Positions 38,831 through 48,110 of a stretch of DNA of 64,000 nt are shown one piece after another; the stretch's first letter is position 1; every line of letters begins with the position of its first letter. The stretch is taken from assembly GCA_016176525.1 (NCBI GenBank), contig JACOWZ010000003.1, positions 192,001 through 256,000 on the forward strand, in the 5' to 3' direction. The DNA comes from Candidatus Colwellbacteria bacterium (GTDB taxonomy: Bacteria; Patescibacteriota; Minisyncoccia; UBA6257; Colwellbacteraceae). The translations under genes were made by a program, and so were the position numbers. The notes under the pieces are model-generated. The model ran no database searches and was not told the origin of the DNA. It saw nothing but the letters and a program-made list of their open reading frames with translations.

Positions 38831-39062
38831 ATTTTAGCTAGTTTAAGGCGCGAGGAGGAAGATGTAGTCGTAGACTACAATGACGACGAGCAACAAGAAA
38901 ATAGATAAAATTTAGCCAAACCCAAAGGGATACAGCTAATTTATAAGAATCACAGTGTCCTTCCTCGCTTGGCGTACCACTACGGGTACGCCTTCGTCGT
39001 CACTCCTTGTGCTTCTTAAAATTAGCTAGTATCGCCGCCGTGTTTATTTTGTATCTGGTGGT
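38790..39062. mobile_element. Non-autonomous MITE-like palindromic element (273 bp) overlapping the yidC 3' end
   Basis: Perfect 18 bp terminal inverted repeats ACCACCAGATACAAAATA / TATTTTGTATCTGGTGGT; two long internal stem-loop arms; no ORF. Confidence 0.7.
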
Positions 39063-39081
39063 AAAAGACAGCGGAAGAGGG

Positions 39082-39110
39082 TAGACAATAAGCAAAAATT
39101 AAGTTAGAAT
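39082..39110 (+). promoter_or_regulatory. Putative sigma70 promoter for the jag-like gene
   Basis: TAGACA-N17-TAGAAT, ATG 9 nt downstream. Confidence 0.55.
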
Positions 39111-39119
39111 CCCTGCACG

Positions 39120-39551
39120 ATGCAGGAACTAAGCGACGCTTTAAAAATACTAGTTGAATCTATGGGTTTTAGGGAAGTTAGCGCGGAGCATGACCCGGCT
39201 TATAGAAAAGTTTCTATAGTTGTTGGAGACGACCCTAATATTTCTAAATATTTGCCCACGCTTGTGGTTAATCTAAACCATGTTGCGCGCCTTATCAGTA
39301 AAAGGCTGGATTTGGGGCCCGTTGTGGTTGATGTTAATAATTATAGAAAAGAACGCGACATTCTTATTATTGATTTAGCAAAAGCTGCCGCGCGAAAAGC
39401 TGTTGCTACAAAAGAAGCCGTGCAATTGCCGGCGATGAATGCATATGAGAGGCGTTTGGTGCATACAGAGCTTTCAATTAGGCCGGATGTTACAACAGAA
39501 AGTTCGGGTGAAGGCAAGGAGAGATTTGTTGTTGTAAAGATTACGGAGTAG
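39120..39551 (+). CDS. Jag/KhpB-like RNA-binding protein (degenerate KH plus R3H, no Jag_N)
   Basis: VDVNNYR, LPAMNAYERRLVH, TESSGEGKERFVVV; after yidC. Confidence 0.85.
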   Translation: MQELSDALKILVESMGFREVSAEHDPAYRKVSIVVGDDPNISKYLPTLVVNLNHVARLISKRLDLGPVVVDVNNYRKERDILIIDLAKAAARKAVATKEAVQLPAMNAYERRLVHTELSIRPDVTTESSGEGKERFVVVKITE

Positions 39552-39566
39552 GCCGTAGAGAAAGTA

Positions 39567-39656
39567 TTAAGTTCTAATTTCTAAGTTCTATTGAAGTTAT
39601 ATTTACTTAAGTCTTAAGGAATTAGATCTTGATTAGAAATTAGTACTTAGAAATTT
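39567..39656. repeat. Inverted heptamer microrepeat tracts between convergent genes
   Basis: TAAGTTC-TAATTTC-TAAGTTC ... TTAGAAA-TTAGTAC-TTAGAAA. Confidence 0.6.
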
Positions 39657-39662
39657 ATTAAT

Positions 39663-39980
39663 TTATCCTCCAAGAATTTCCGGGTTAATTGTATTTAGTA
39701 TCAGCCACGCGCCTATTAGTAATAGTAAACCATACACTGCTGCCCATATCCATTTTTTTGCGTCATCAACCTGTGATTCGTTGCCACCCGAAGAGGCATA
39801 TCTTATCCCGCCGAATACTATAACTCCAAGTGCGACCAGTGCACCTATTGCTATTGCCCAGCCGAAAATATTGTTGATATCAAAGCCGGGCAAAATTCCG
39901 CCCACTCCAGTCTCTATAGCGGTTTCTACTTCTTCTTGCACGTCCTGGGCCCAAACCTTGTTTATTAGAAAATTAATCAT
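39663..39980 (-). CDS. TrbC/VirB2-like pilin
   Basis: FGGIRYASSGGNESQVDDAKKWIWAAVYGL, AWLILNTINP. Confidence 0.85.
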   Translation of the reverse strand: MINFLINKVWAQDVQEEVETAIETGVGGILPGFDINNIFGWAIAIGALVALGVIVFGGIRYASSGGNESQVDDAKKWIWAAVYGLLLLIGAWLILNTINPEILGG

Positions 39981-39986
39981 GTGATT

Positions 39987-40394
39987 TTATACTGTTTTTT
40001 CCCATCCTCCGCTTTCTGTCTTTTCCCAGCGGTCCAAGGTTGTGGTTTTTGGTCTTCTTGCCGCTACTCTTCCTCGGCCTGCGCTTGCGAGTTTTGCGAC
40101 TACAGGCCTATTTGCAAGAAATATAGTCATAATCATTGTTGCTGTTCTAACTGGCAATGCGTTTATTATCGGAATAAACTCTATCATTGAGCCGGCAGTA
40201 TATGTTAGGTTTCTTATACCTTTCATTATAAGCCAAAATTGTATTGTGGGGTATGCGACAACGTTTATAAGGATACTTATTGGAATTCCGATAAGAGTTA
40301 GGTCTGCTATAACCTCCGCAATATCTGCCGTGACTGTTACCATCAACATCAGTATTGCCTCTACCATGCTTATTTTTTTCTCGTTCTCTGCCAT
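39987..40394 (-). CDS. Hypothetical membrane protein of the T4SS-like cluster
   Basis: Hydrophobic helices, EFIPIINALP motif, basic tail. Confidence 0.7.
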   Translation of the reverse strand: MAENEKKISMVEAILMLMVTVTADIAEVIADLTLIGIPISILINVVAYPTIQFWLIMKGIRNLTYTAGSMIEFIPIINALPVRTATMIMTIFLANRPVVAKLASAGRGRVAARRPKTTTLDRWEKTESGGWEKTV

Positions 40395-40398
40395 ATTT

Positions 40399-42735
40399 TT
40401 ATTCCTTCATTTCTCTTTTCTGCTCTAAAAGCTGTTCCGGATTTGTTGTAATAAGCTTATCTTCAAAGTAAGACGGCACAATTTGTATCGCAGCGTGCTT
40501 AAGCCCTGCAATAAACAGGCCCTGGCCTACCCCTGCCTCCAAAAGATAATTTTTTTCGGTCTCTGTTAGATTAAAAGCTTTTGCGGTTATGTCCACTGTT
40601 GCTGGAGCTTGTTTTAGCAACAGCTGTATAGAAGAGTTTGTTATAATCGGCCGGCCGTAGGGAGAGTTCATGAAATCTTCTACGTCTTGCGTAATTGTTG
40701 ATACTCCTAAGTAATATTTTCTCGCTCTTTTTACTAAGCCGTATAAAAACGTGGCAGAATCCGGATATTTCATCATAAGCCATGCTTCGTCTACAATCAT
40801 AATCCGTTTTTTAAATTCGGCTCTTACCAAATTCCAAACGAAGTTTAAAATTACATACATTGCGATGGGGCGCAGTTCTTCTTCCAGATCTCTTATAGAG
40901 AAGACTACAAGCCGGTTTTTTACATTTATATTTGTGGGTTTATTAACGAAGCCCGCGAAACTGCCTTCGGTAAACCTATACAGCCTTGTTGCCATTTCGT
41001 GTCCGCCTTCCATCCCCTCCAACACTGTTTTAAAATCTTCTAAAAGAGGCGGTTCTTTGCCCGTAAAGTCTTTGCCGGGTTCAATGTCTCGAGAAGCGTA
41101 AGTTTCTGTTATCGCGCGGTCTAGCATCGCTTCTTCTTCTGCAGAGATTTTACCGAGCATAAGTTTAATTAGCCCAGTTAAGTTAATAATGTGAGTTTTT
41201 AAAACCTCACCTGGCTCTTCACCCTCCGGGATAATTGGAATATCAAACGGATTTATGTGGTTCTCTGAATCAAGCGATATTTTTAGCACACTTCCGCCCA
41301 TTGCCTCTGCAAGGTTTAAATATTCGTTTTCTGGGTCTATAACCAAAACATCTGTGCCTACCATCAGCGATCGCACCATTTCCAGTTTTGTAGCATAGCT
41401 TTTACCAGCGCCGGATTTTGCAAAAATTACTGTGTTTGCGTTTTCAAGCGAGAAACGGTCAAAAACTATAAGCGTGTTGTTGTGTCTGTTGATGCCGTAT
41501 AAAATCCCTTTATCCGATGTAAGCTCTAGTGAAACAAACGGGAAAAAAGAAGAGAGGGGCTGGGAGTTTAGAGGTGAATGTATCTGTAGTTTGTCGGTGC
41601 CCAATGGGATTGTGGACATAAACCCATTTAATTGCTCAAACGAAGCTGGCTTCGCCTCCACTAATTTGCTGTCTAAAATGCTTTTTATTTCGTTTTCGGT
41701 TTTGCGCAGCTCTTCTTCTGTTTCGCCGTATATTGTAATGTACATAGCCACGTTAAATAGTTTTTCCCGCGCTTGCTGGAGCGCGTCGCGAAGCGTTTCT
41801 ATGTCATTAAAGGCGGTTTCGAGCATCGGGTCGCGCACCTTGCCTTTTTCTTGTGAATCTATTATTTGAGACTCAATTTGCGCCGCTTTTTTGCGCAGAT
41901 TTTTTAGTGCAATACCCGTGTCTGTCGGGCTTATAAAAATAGAAATATCCAAAAGGCTCGGCATGTTTATAATTGGAGAAAACCACCCACTTGCCAGATA
42001 TCTCGGGTAGTTCAATACAAACATTGTTTTTGCAACTTTTGATTCCATCTTAAGGTATTGTGCTTTTACTTCTATTGAGTTCGGCGCGATTATGTTTTCA
42101 ATAACTTTCTCTGCGTCCGCGCTTTTAGGTTGTATTTCGTGGCGCTCTGTCGTCGAGGGGTTGTAGAAGTTGTAGTAGAGCTCTAAGAGTTCGGCGTCTT
42201 CTAAGGCCACGGCGCGCAGGCCTATACGCCGCAAGCCAGACACTACTTGGTCCGCGCGCTGGTTTAGCTGCTCGCGGCGCACTGGGTCGATTTTTGCCTC
42301 AGTTTCTTCGGTTTTTACTTTGCTTTTTGCCGTAGGTATTGCAATTGGGTTATATGGCACCACTATAAAGAAACTTTTTGTCATCACGGCGTTTTCTCCA
42401 ACGAAGGAGCGAATAAATGCAATATATTCGTTTATTTGCGTACGCAAAAGCTCGTTTTCTTCTTTGTTTTTTCTCTCTTCAAGACGCTGCAAATAAGATT
42501 CAATGTTTAATTTGCGCGAGTGGATGTTTATTTGTATTTCAAAATCAAGAGAGTTTAAAAAGTTTTGGTAACCGTAGGTAATGAGCGTTTGTTCTTCGTC
42601 TGATTTAAGATCAAAGTTTACGCCGTCAACGAGAATTATTCTGCGGAGTCCTCCGTTTTTTAAGACAACTATGCCGTCTTTAATACTATTTATGTCTACA
42701 AATTGTTGAGTTCTGCCGGCGTCTTCTTTTGGCAT
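40399..42735 (-). CDS. VirB4-like ATPase
   Basis: YGINRHN, FAKSGAGKS, IDPENEY, INPFD, VDEAW, KRARKY, TQDVEDF. Confidence 0.9.
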   Translation of the reverse strand: MPKEDAGRTQQFVDINSIKDGIVVLKNGGLRRIILVDGVNFDLKSDEEQTLITYGYQNFLNSLDFEIQINIHSRKLNIESYLQRLEERKNKEENELLRTQINEYIAFIRSFVGENAVMTKSFFIVVPYNPIAIPTAKSKVKTEETEAKIDPVRREQLNQRADQVVSGLRRIGLRAVALEDAELLELYYNFYNPSTTERHEIQPKSADAEKVIENIIAPNSIEVKAQYLKMESKVAKTMFVLNYPRYLASGWFSPIINMPSLLDISIFISPTDTGIALKNLRKKAAQIESQIIDSQEKGKVRDPMLETAFNDIETLRDALQQAREKLFNVAMYITIYGETEEELRKTENEIKSILDSKLVEAKPASFEQLNGFMSTIPLGTDKLQIHSPLNSQPLSSFFPFVSLELTSDKGILYGINRHNNTLIVFDRFSLENANTVIFAKSGAGKSYATKLEMVRSLMVGTDVLVIDPENEYLNLAEAMGGSVLKISLDSENHINPFDIPIIPEGEEPGEVLKTHIINLTGLIKLMLGKISAEEEAMLDRAITETYASRDIEPGKDFTGKEPPLLEDFKTVLEGMEGGHEMATRLYRFTEGSFAGFVNKPTNINVKNRLVVFSIRDLEEELRPIAMYVILNFVWNLVRAEFKKRIMIVDEAWLMMKYPDSATFLYGLVKRARKYYLGVSTITQDVEDFMNSPYGRPIITNSSIQLLLKQAPATVDITAKAFNLTETEKNYLLEAGVGQGLFIAGLKHAAIQIVPSYFEDKLITTNPEQLLEQKREMKE

Positions 42736-42744
42736 AGTTATATA

Positions 42745-43233
42745 TTAACGATAATCTACCCTTCTTGCTATTTCTTTATCCCCAGTTATGCGCTGTATTG
42801 CTTCGTATTGCTCTTCTTTCTCTTTGTCTTTAAATGGGTTGAATATGTGTGGAGTGAAACTTTCGCGTTTTGGTATTGCAGATTTTGTTGTCGCTAGTTT
42901 TTCGCCGATGTTACGCAATGCTCCGCCTGGGATTTTTTGTTCCGGTGCAGGAGTTTTTGTCTTAAATATATACAATCGCGGAGACCAAATGTATTTAAAA
43001 GCCGAGAACGCAACAGTAATGGCGCTGCGGCCGTGAATTTTTACGAAAGCCAGTGCTGATGCCGCCGCACCTAAAACAACAGTTATTAGAAACCAAAGCC
43101 AAAGCTCAACTATAAAGAAAAACACAAAAGACAAAAAACCTGCGGCTGCGATGTATAAGAATTGCTTTAGCGTAAATGGGCCAAATATTTTATCCTCGGT
43201 CTCTATAAATTGAGGAACCTGAAACTGTGGCAT
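42745..43233 (-). CDS. PrgI family protein (VirB3-like)
   Basis: QFQVPQFIETEDKIFGPFTLKQF plus two TM helices, directly upstream of VirB4. Confidence 0.88.
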   Translation of the reverse strand: MPQFQVPQFIETEDKIFGPFTLKQFLYIAAAGFLSFVFFFIVELWLWFLITVVLGAAASALAFVKIHGRSAITVAFSAFKYIWSPRLYIFKTKTPAPEQKIPGGALRNIGEKLATTKSAIPKRESFTPHIFNPFKDKEKEEQYEAIQRITGDKEIARRVDYR

Positions 43234-43895
43234 TATTTTCCATCTTTTAGGTCTATAATGTTTTCGGGGTCAACATTATTTTTGGGACCGGTTTGTTTCG
43301 GTTTAAATGGATCTTCCGGGGTTTGAAGAGCCGAGTAGTTTATAATTTTAACTTTTGGAGGTGCCGTTCTTGCGCTTTTAACCTCTTTTTTAGGTTCGTA
43401 GCCATCACCCTCACCTATGTCTATTTTTGCAGTGCTGCCTGCTTGCCGGCCCTCTTCTCTTTCTTTAAATACCGGGCGGAGGTAATCATTTTGCGGCTTT
43501 GCAACCGGTTTTATCTCTTCTGCGGCGTGCAAAACATACGGTGCCGGGTGCTCGGTTTCTTTAATTTGTTGTTTTGGTGGAGTTTGTGTCATGCGCGAGA
43601 GAATTTTTGCGCGCACTTCTTCTGCAGCCCCGGCTATTGCTTTTTCGTTAATATCTATAAATTTTTTTAATTCTCCCGCTACTTCTTCAGGCTTAATCAG
43701 CCCTAAAATTGCAAACGTTACAATTTGGTGGAAGGTGATATCGTCATCCGGGTCAACATCTAAATTATATTTGTTTGATATATTCGCAAGCGTTTCTGAT
43801 ATTTCTTCGGATTCCAACAGTGTTTTAACCACACCAGTGGCATTTTGAATATATTTTTGTATAGTCTCTGGAGTTAAGTTGCTATAATTAATCAT
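43233..43895 (-). CDS. Hypothetical protein in the T4SS-like operon
   Basis: 220 aa; helical N-terminal domain, disordered tail ending NIIDLK; stop overlaps the prgI start. Confidence 0.7.
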   Translation of the reverse strand: MINYSNLTPETIQKYIQNATGVVKTLLESEEISETLANISNKYNLDVDPDDDITFHQIVTFAILGLIKPEEVAGELKKFIDINEKAIAGAAEEVRAKILSRMTQTPPKQQIKETEHPAPYVLHAAEEIKPVAKPQNDYLRPVFKEREEGRQAGSTAKIDIGEGDGYEPKKEVKSARTAPPKVKIINYSALQTPEDPFKPKQTGPKNNVDPENIIDLKDGK

Positions 43896-43901
43896 AGATT
43901 A

Positions 43902-46244
43902 TTATTTTTTATCTCCACCTCCTTCTTCTTTGAACTCAATAGGTTTATGTTCTTTAAACGCTTTGTGCGCTTTTTGGAAGCTGTCTTTGGCAATATCAAG
44001 TTTTGTCTCACCCATTTTTACTCGGATTTCAAGAACGTCTTTACGGGTTTGAACTTGTTCTGGAGTAAAACCTCTTTCAGCTATGTGTGCCGGATCTTTT
44101 AACTTCTCTAATTCTCTTAGTGTTTTATTTATATTGTCTTCAATTTTAACCATTTTTTCTCCGAGGCTAGCAACATAATCTTCTGCTCTTTTACCAGATA
44201 CTGTTTTAGGCAAAGCAAAGTCTTTTAGCGGCTTAACATTGCCGAGCCCTTTGTTTATTGTATCCAATATTCTTTCTTTAACTGGTTTTTTCTTTGATAT
44301 GCCAGTTTCTTCGCCGTAGAATTTTGCATAGTTGCCTGCGACTTCTAAACCGCGACCCAGCCCAGCGGCCATCCTTCTAAGTCTTCCGGGCCTTGATTGC
44401 GCTTCTGCTGGCGGAGTTGTTGGCGCCTCTGGCGGTGAGGGTGGGGTTGGCGGTTGTTCAGGTTGTGCCGCACCAACTCCTCCTTCGTACAGGTCAGCCA
44501 TGGTGTCGGTACTCGGTCTTTCCATGCGTTCAAACCACTCTGCTGTTCCTTCCGGCGCTTGTGGTACTCCTCTTAATCTCTGTTCCATTAATATAGGTCT
44601 TGTGCTCGGCGCGCCCATCTGGTATGGCCCCTGTGGCCCACTTGGGCCTACTCCAGGGCCTCCTCCGGCAGCGCCCATACCAAATCTGCCCATAAACCTT
44701 CCAGCTGGGGCCAACACTCCTCTCCCCATTAAACCAACAGCTCTGCGAGTTGCAAAAGTTCCAATTCTAGCTGCGCTTTCTGCGCCGGTAAGCCCAAGCT
44801 TTTGTGCAACTATCAGACCACCTATCATTAGACCCGATACGGCTATTATCCCGACTATATTGTTAATTGGGTCAAAGTTTTGAGGATCAATTAAATTATC
44901 CGATGCTACAAGGCCTATCGCCAGAAAAAGTAGAACAGCCGGGTAGAAAATAATCCAGTTTGTGAATGTCTCGTACCATTTTTTCCACTGCCCGCTAAAA
45001 CCTGGGAATACATTCGCCAAAAGAGCAAGCGGCATCAATATTAATAAGAAAGTTAGCGCCACGTATCTTATAACAAGCATAACAGCTGTTGCTATTAGTG
45101 CAAAGAAAGCTATAAGACCGAATATAGCCCGCATTATAACCCCCATTAGTCCGGCTAATATACTTAGCATGAAATCTAGACCCGGTATTGCTGGAATTTC
45201 AAACCCAAATAGTTTTGTTATTTCAAAGTTTTTAATACTGTTAAGCGCGCCAGTAATTGTACTGCCGAAATTTCCAATAGATGAGATACTCATAGGTGTA
45301 CCAGTGGTTTTGCCGACCATTGCTAGTAGTGCTTCTCCAATTCCGTTGCTTATAAAAATAATTGTTGTTGCTATTAGCCAGCTAAAGTTTATTAAAAGCG
45401 CTATTACAATAAGTTTTGGCAGAGCTTGTTTTATTTGAAGGTTTTCTCGCCGCAGCATTGTTGCAAATGCTATTGCGATTATTGCTATTACAAAGCCAAT
45501 ATTTGTAAGTCCAAGAGTTATGTTAAATCCTATGGCTGCTGGCCCATTTGGGTCGCTCAATTTGATACTTAAGGCTGCTGCACCTTTTATCAAAATCGCC
45601 GCAAAGAGTATAAGTATTGATACTAGTGATTCAACAATAAAACCTAGTATCGCTACCACTAGATTAACCAGCAATCTTGGTATAAAAAGCGCTACGCTTT
45701 TCAGACAACTTACTATACCGCTGCAATCCCAAGGCGGCAGTATACTGCCTGGATTTGAAGGGGGTGGTTGATTTTGTACCGTAACGTTTTCGGTGTCTGA
45801 CCCACCGGCAGTTGTTGCAACTGTAACTGGGTAGTCGCCGGCGCTTGATGGATTTATAACCTCATCAATATATATTGTGATATTACTTCCAGATGGAATG
45901 TTTGCTATAGAGTTGTTTGTGCAGGTAGCGCGTCTCTGTGTTGGCTGCGTAGTACAAGACAACTGGTTATTATCGGAAAAAGCAGTAGCTTCCACTTCGT
46001 CTTTAGAGAAAGAAAAGCTGTTAGGAAAAGTTACTGTTATTGAATCAGTTGGCGGGAGCGGAATCGTACCCAAAGTAAAACTAACCGTGTAGGTGCCAGC
46101 CAAACCCGCATAATTATATGAATCGTCAATTTCTAAATTACTAATTAAAACCTGCGCATGTGAGGTTTGGATTAACGCACTGGATAGATTAGCAATAAAT
46201 ACAAGCGAGAAAGCTGTAGAAAGTATCAAAATCCTTCGCAACAT
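43902..46244 (-). CDS. VirB6/TrbL-like polytopic membrane protein
   Basis: Signal peptide, Thr/Ser-rich beta domain, LIVIALLINFS, multiple TMs (IRYVALTFLLILMPLA..W.KW), Gly/Pro-rich tail. Confidence 0.75.
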   Translation of the reverse strand: MLRRILILSTAFSLVFIANLSSALIQTSHAQVLISNLEIDDSYNYAGLAGTYTVSFTLGTIPLPPTDSITVTFPNSFSFSKDEVEATAFSDNNQLSCTTQPTQRRATCTNNSIANIPSGSNITIYIDEVINPSSAGDYPVTVATTAGGSDTENVTVQNQPPPSNPGSILPPWDCSGIVSCLKSVALFIPRLLVNLVVAILGFIVESLVSILILFAAILIKGAAALSIKLSDPNGPAAIGFNITLGLTNIGFVIAIIAIAFATMLRRENLQIKQALPKLIVIALLINFSWLIATTIIFISNGIGEALLAMVGKTTGTPMSISSIGNFGSTITGALNSIKNFEITKLFGFEIPAIPGLDFMLSILAGLMGVIMRAIFGLIAFFALIATAVMLVIRYVALTFLLILMPLALLANVFPGFSGQWKKWYETFTNWIIFYPAVLLFLAIGLVASDNLIDPQNFDPINNIVGIIAVSGLMIGGLIVAQKLGLTGAESAARIGTFATRRAVGLMGRGVLAPAGRFMGRFGMGAAGGGPGVGPSGPQGPYQMGAPSTRPILMEQRLRGVPQAPEGTAEWFERMERPSTDTMADLYEGGVGAAQPEQPPTPPSPPEAPTTPPAEAQSRPGRLRRMAAGLGRGLEVAGNYAKFYGEETGISKKKPVKERILDTINKGLGNVKPLKDFALPKTVSGKRAEDYVASLGEKMVKIEDNINKTLRELEKLKDPAHIAERGFTPEQVQTRKDVLEIRVKMGETKLDIAKDSFQKAHKAFKEHKPIEFKEEGGGDKK

Positions 46245-46247
46245 AAT

Positions 46248-47027
46248 TTACTTAAATAATACCACAAGCTTCTCTATCTGCTCTATGCTCAAATTTTGCG
46301 GGCGGAGACTTGGATCTATACCCACTTTGTTTAGTATTTTTGTTACTTCGTTTTTTGTTATTCTTGTTACTAAGTTATTCAAAATTGTTTTCCTAGGTTG
46401 CTTAAACAGAACTTTTATAAACTTGTAGTAATTAGTTTGTGGCGGGTAGTTTGTAGCGCGTAGTTTTGGGATTAGTTCAATAATTGCTGAATCTACTTTC
46501 GGTTGCGGGCGGAAGGCAGTTTTTTTGACTACGCTTATTATTTTTGGCTCTGCCCAGTATTGCACGCTCGCCGCGAGCAGATTCATCTTTGGCGCTTTCT
46601 GGCAGATTCTATCCGCGACTTCTTTTTGTATGGTAAATACTATTTTTGAGGGTCTTGGTTCAATATCGGCAAGCAGTCGGAATAAATAACCTGTGATGTA
46701 GTAGGGAATATTGCCGCATAGTTTGTAGTGAGTAGTTTGTAGCGTAGTAGATAATTTTGGAAGAATTTTGAGCGCATCGCCTTCAATAAGTTTTAAGTTT
46801 TTAGTTTTTAGTTTTAAGTTCAGCTCACTTACAAGATCCGGATCTTTTTCAATCAGGATGAGTTGCGTTGGTTTTGCGGCGAGCAGGTATTCTGTCAGCT
46901 CTCCATGTCCTGGACCTATTTCTACAACAGTATCAGTAGATTTTATATCCAAAGAATCCACTATTTTTTTAAGTGTGTTCTTGCTTTGTAAAAAGTGTTG
47001 GCCTAATTTTTTGTTGGCTTTAAACAT
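46248..47027 (-). CDS. rsmA: 16S rRNA dimethyladenosine transferase
   Basis: KKLGQHFL, VEIGPGHG, GNIPYYIT, QKEVA, FRPQPKVDSA. Confidence 0.96.
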   Translation of the reverse strand: MFKANKKLGQHFLQSKNTLKKIVDSLDIKSTDTVVEIGPGHGELTEYLLAAKPTQLILIEKDPDLVSELNLKLKTKNLKLIEGDALKILPKLSTTLQTTHYKLCGNIPYYITGYLFRLLADIEPRPSKIVFTIQKEVADRICQKAPKMNLLAASVQYWAEPKIISVVKKTAFRPQPKVDSAIIELIPKLRATNYPPQTNYYKFIKVLFKQPRKTILNNLVTRITKNEVTKILNKVGIDPSLRPQNLSIEQIEKLVVLFK

Positions 47028-47079
47028 ATGTTTATGCTATAATACATATTAATCGGGAAGTGTTACTTCCCGTTTTATT

Positions 47080-48102
47080 ATGCTCGATTTTATTAGATTT
47101 GCTATAGCTAATGCACAAAAGAAGTGGTTTGGGTTTATGCCAGCCGTTTCTATAGTTTTTGGCGCCGGCATAGTAGCGGCGGCGGGTCTCTGGATGGGCC
47201 CCGTGGGGCATGCGCAACAAATTGAACCCCAAAACATTGATCAAACCTTTAACGAAATTGACGAGGCGCTTCTTTACCCTAATTTTAGCCCGGTAATTAG
47301 TTTGTCTGATGGTCCTGATGACTTTGCTGGGTTTGTTCTTGTGGATAAGGGAATATTTTTGAATAATTTTTCTCCCACATCAAATACTAGACCCACTTTT
47401 GGAGGACTTTTGTCATACTCCATTAAAGAAGGTGATTCACTATCAACAATTGCCGCGGAGTTTGGAATTACTACAAACACGATTATTTGGGCTAATAACA
47501 TTAAGAGATCAAATCTTATAAGGCCGGGGCAAGAAATATTAATTTTGCCGGTTTCCGGCGTGCTCCACTCTGTAAAGCCGGGGGAAACACTAGGGTCTAT
47601 TGCTACAATGTATGGAGTTTCCATCGAGAGCATTTCTACATATAACAAAAATGGTGTTGTGGAGGGTGATGTGGTTATAGTCCCATATGCAAAGCCGATC
47701 AAAAGGCTTACATCTGCCAGTTATTTGCCTTCTCTAGACTTGGCGTTTCCGGTTGTAGACGGATACAACTGGGGTTATTTGCATGGAACAAATGCGGTTG
47801 ATATCGCTGCTCGTTGCGGCACGCCGATATTTGCCTCCGCCGACGGTTTAGTTGTAGATGTTGGATCTCCTAAAGCTTACAATCTTGGGTTTGGCGGATT
47901 TATAGAAATTTTGCACGATGAGGCGAGAAATATAAGAACTTTGTATGCGCACACTTCTGACAACGGCACTACGTCGGTTGGAGAAATAGTCAGCCGCGGA
48001 GATGAAATAGCAAAGATTGGCAACACAGGCCGCGTGCACGGCCCAACCGGTTGCCATGTTCACTTAGAAGTTTACGGAGCAAAAAACCCGTTCGTTCGCT
48101 AG
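47080..48102 (+). CDS. LysM plus M23 peptidase
   Basis: Two LysM repeats (GDSLSTIA, GETLGSIA); H...D, YAH, GNTG, CHVHLEV. Confidence 0.9.
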   Translation: MLDFIRFAIANAQKKWFGFMPAVSIVFGAGIVAAAGLWMGPVGHAQQIEPQNIDQTFNEIDEALLYPNFSPVISLSDGPDDFAGFVLVDKGIFLNNFSPTSNTRPTFGGLLSYSIKEGDSLSTIAAEFGITTNTIIWANNIKRSNLIRPGQEILILPVSGVLHSVKPGETLGSIATMYGVSIESISTYNKNGVVEGDVVIVPYAKPIKRLTSASYLPSLDLAFPVVDGYNWGYLHGTNAVDIAARCGTPIFASADGLVVDVGSPKAYNLGFGGFIEILHDEARNIRTLYAHTSDNGTTSVGEIVSRGDEIAKIGNTGRVHGPTGCHVHLEVYGAKNPFVR

Positions 48103-48110
48103 TTGTCTCC

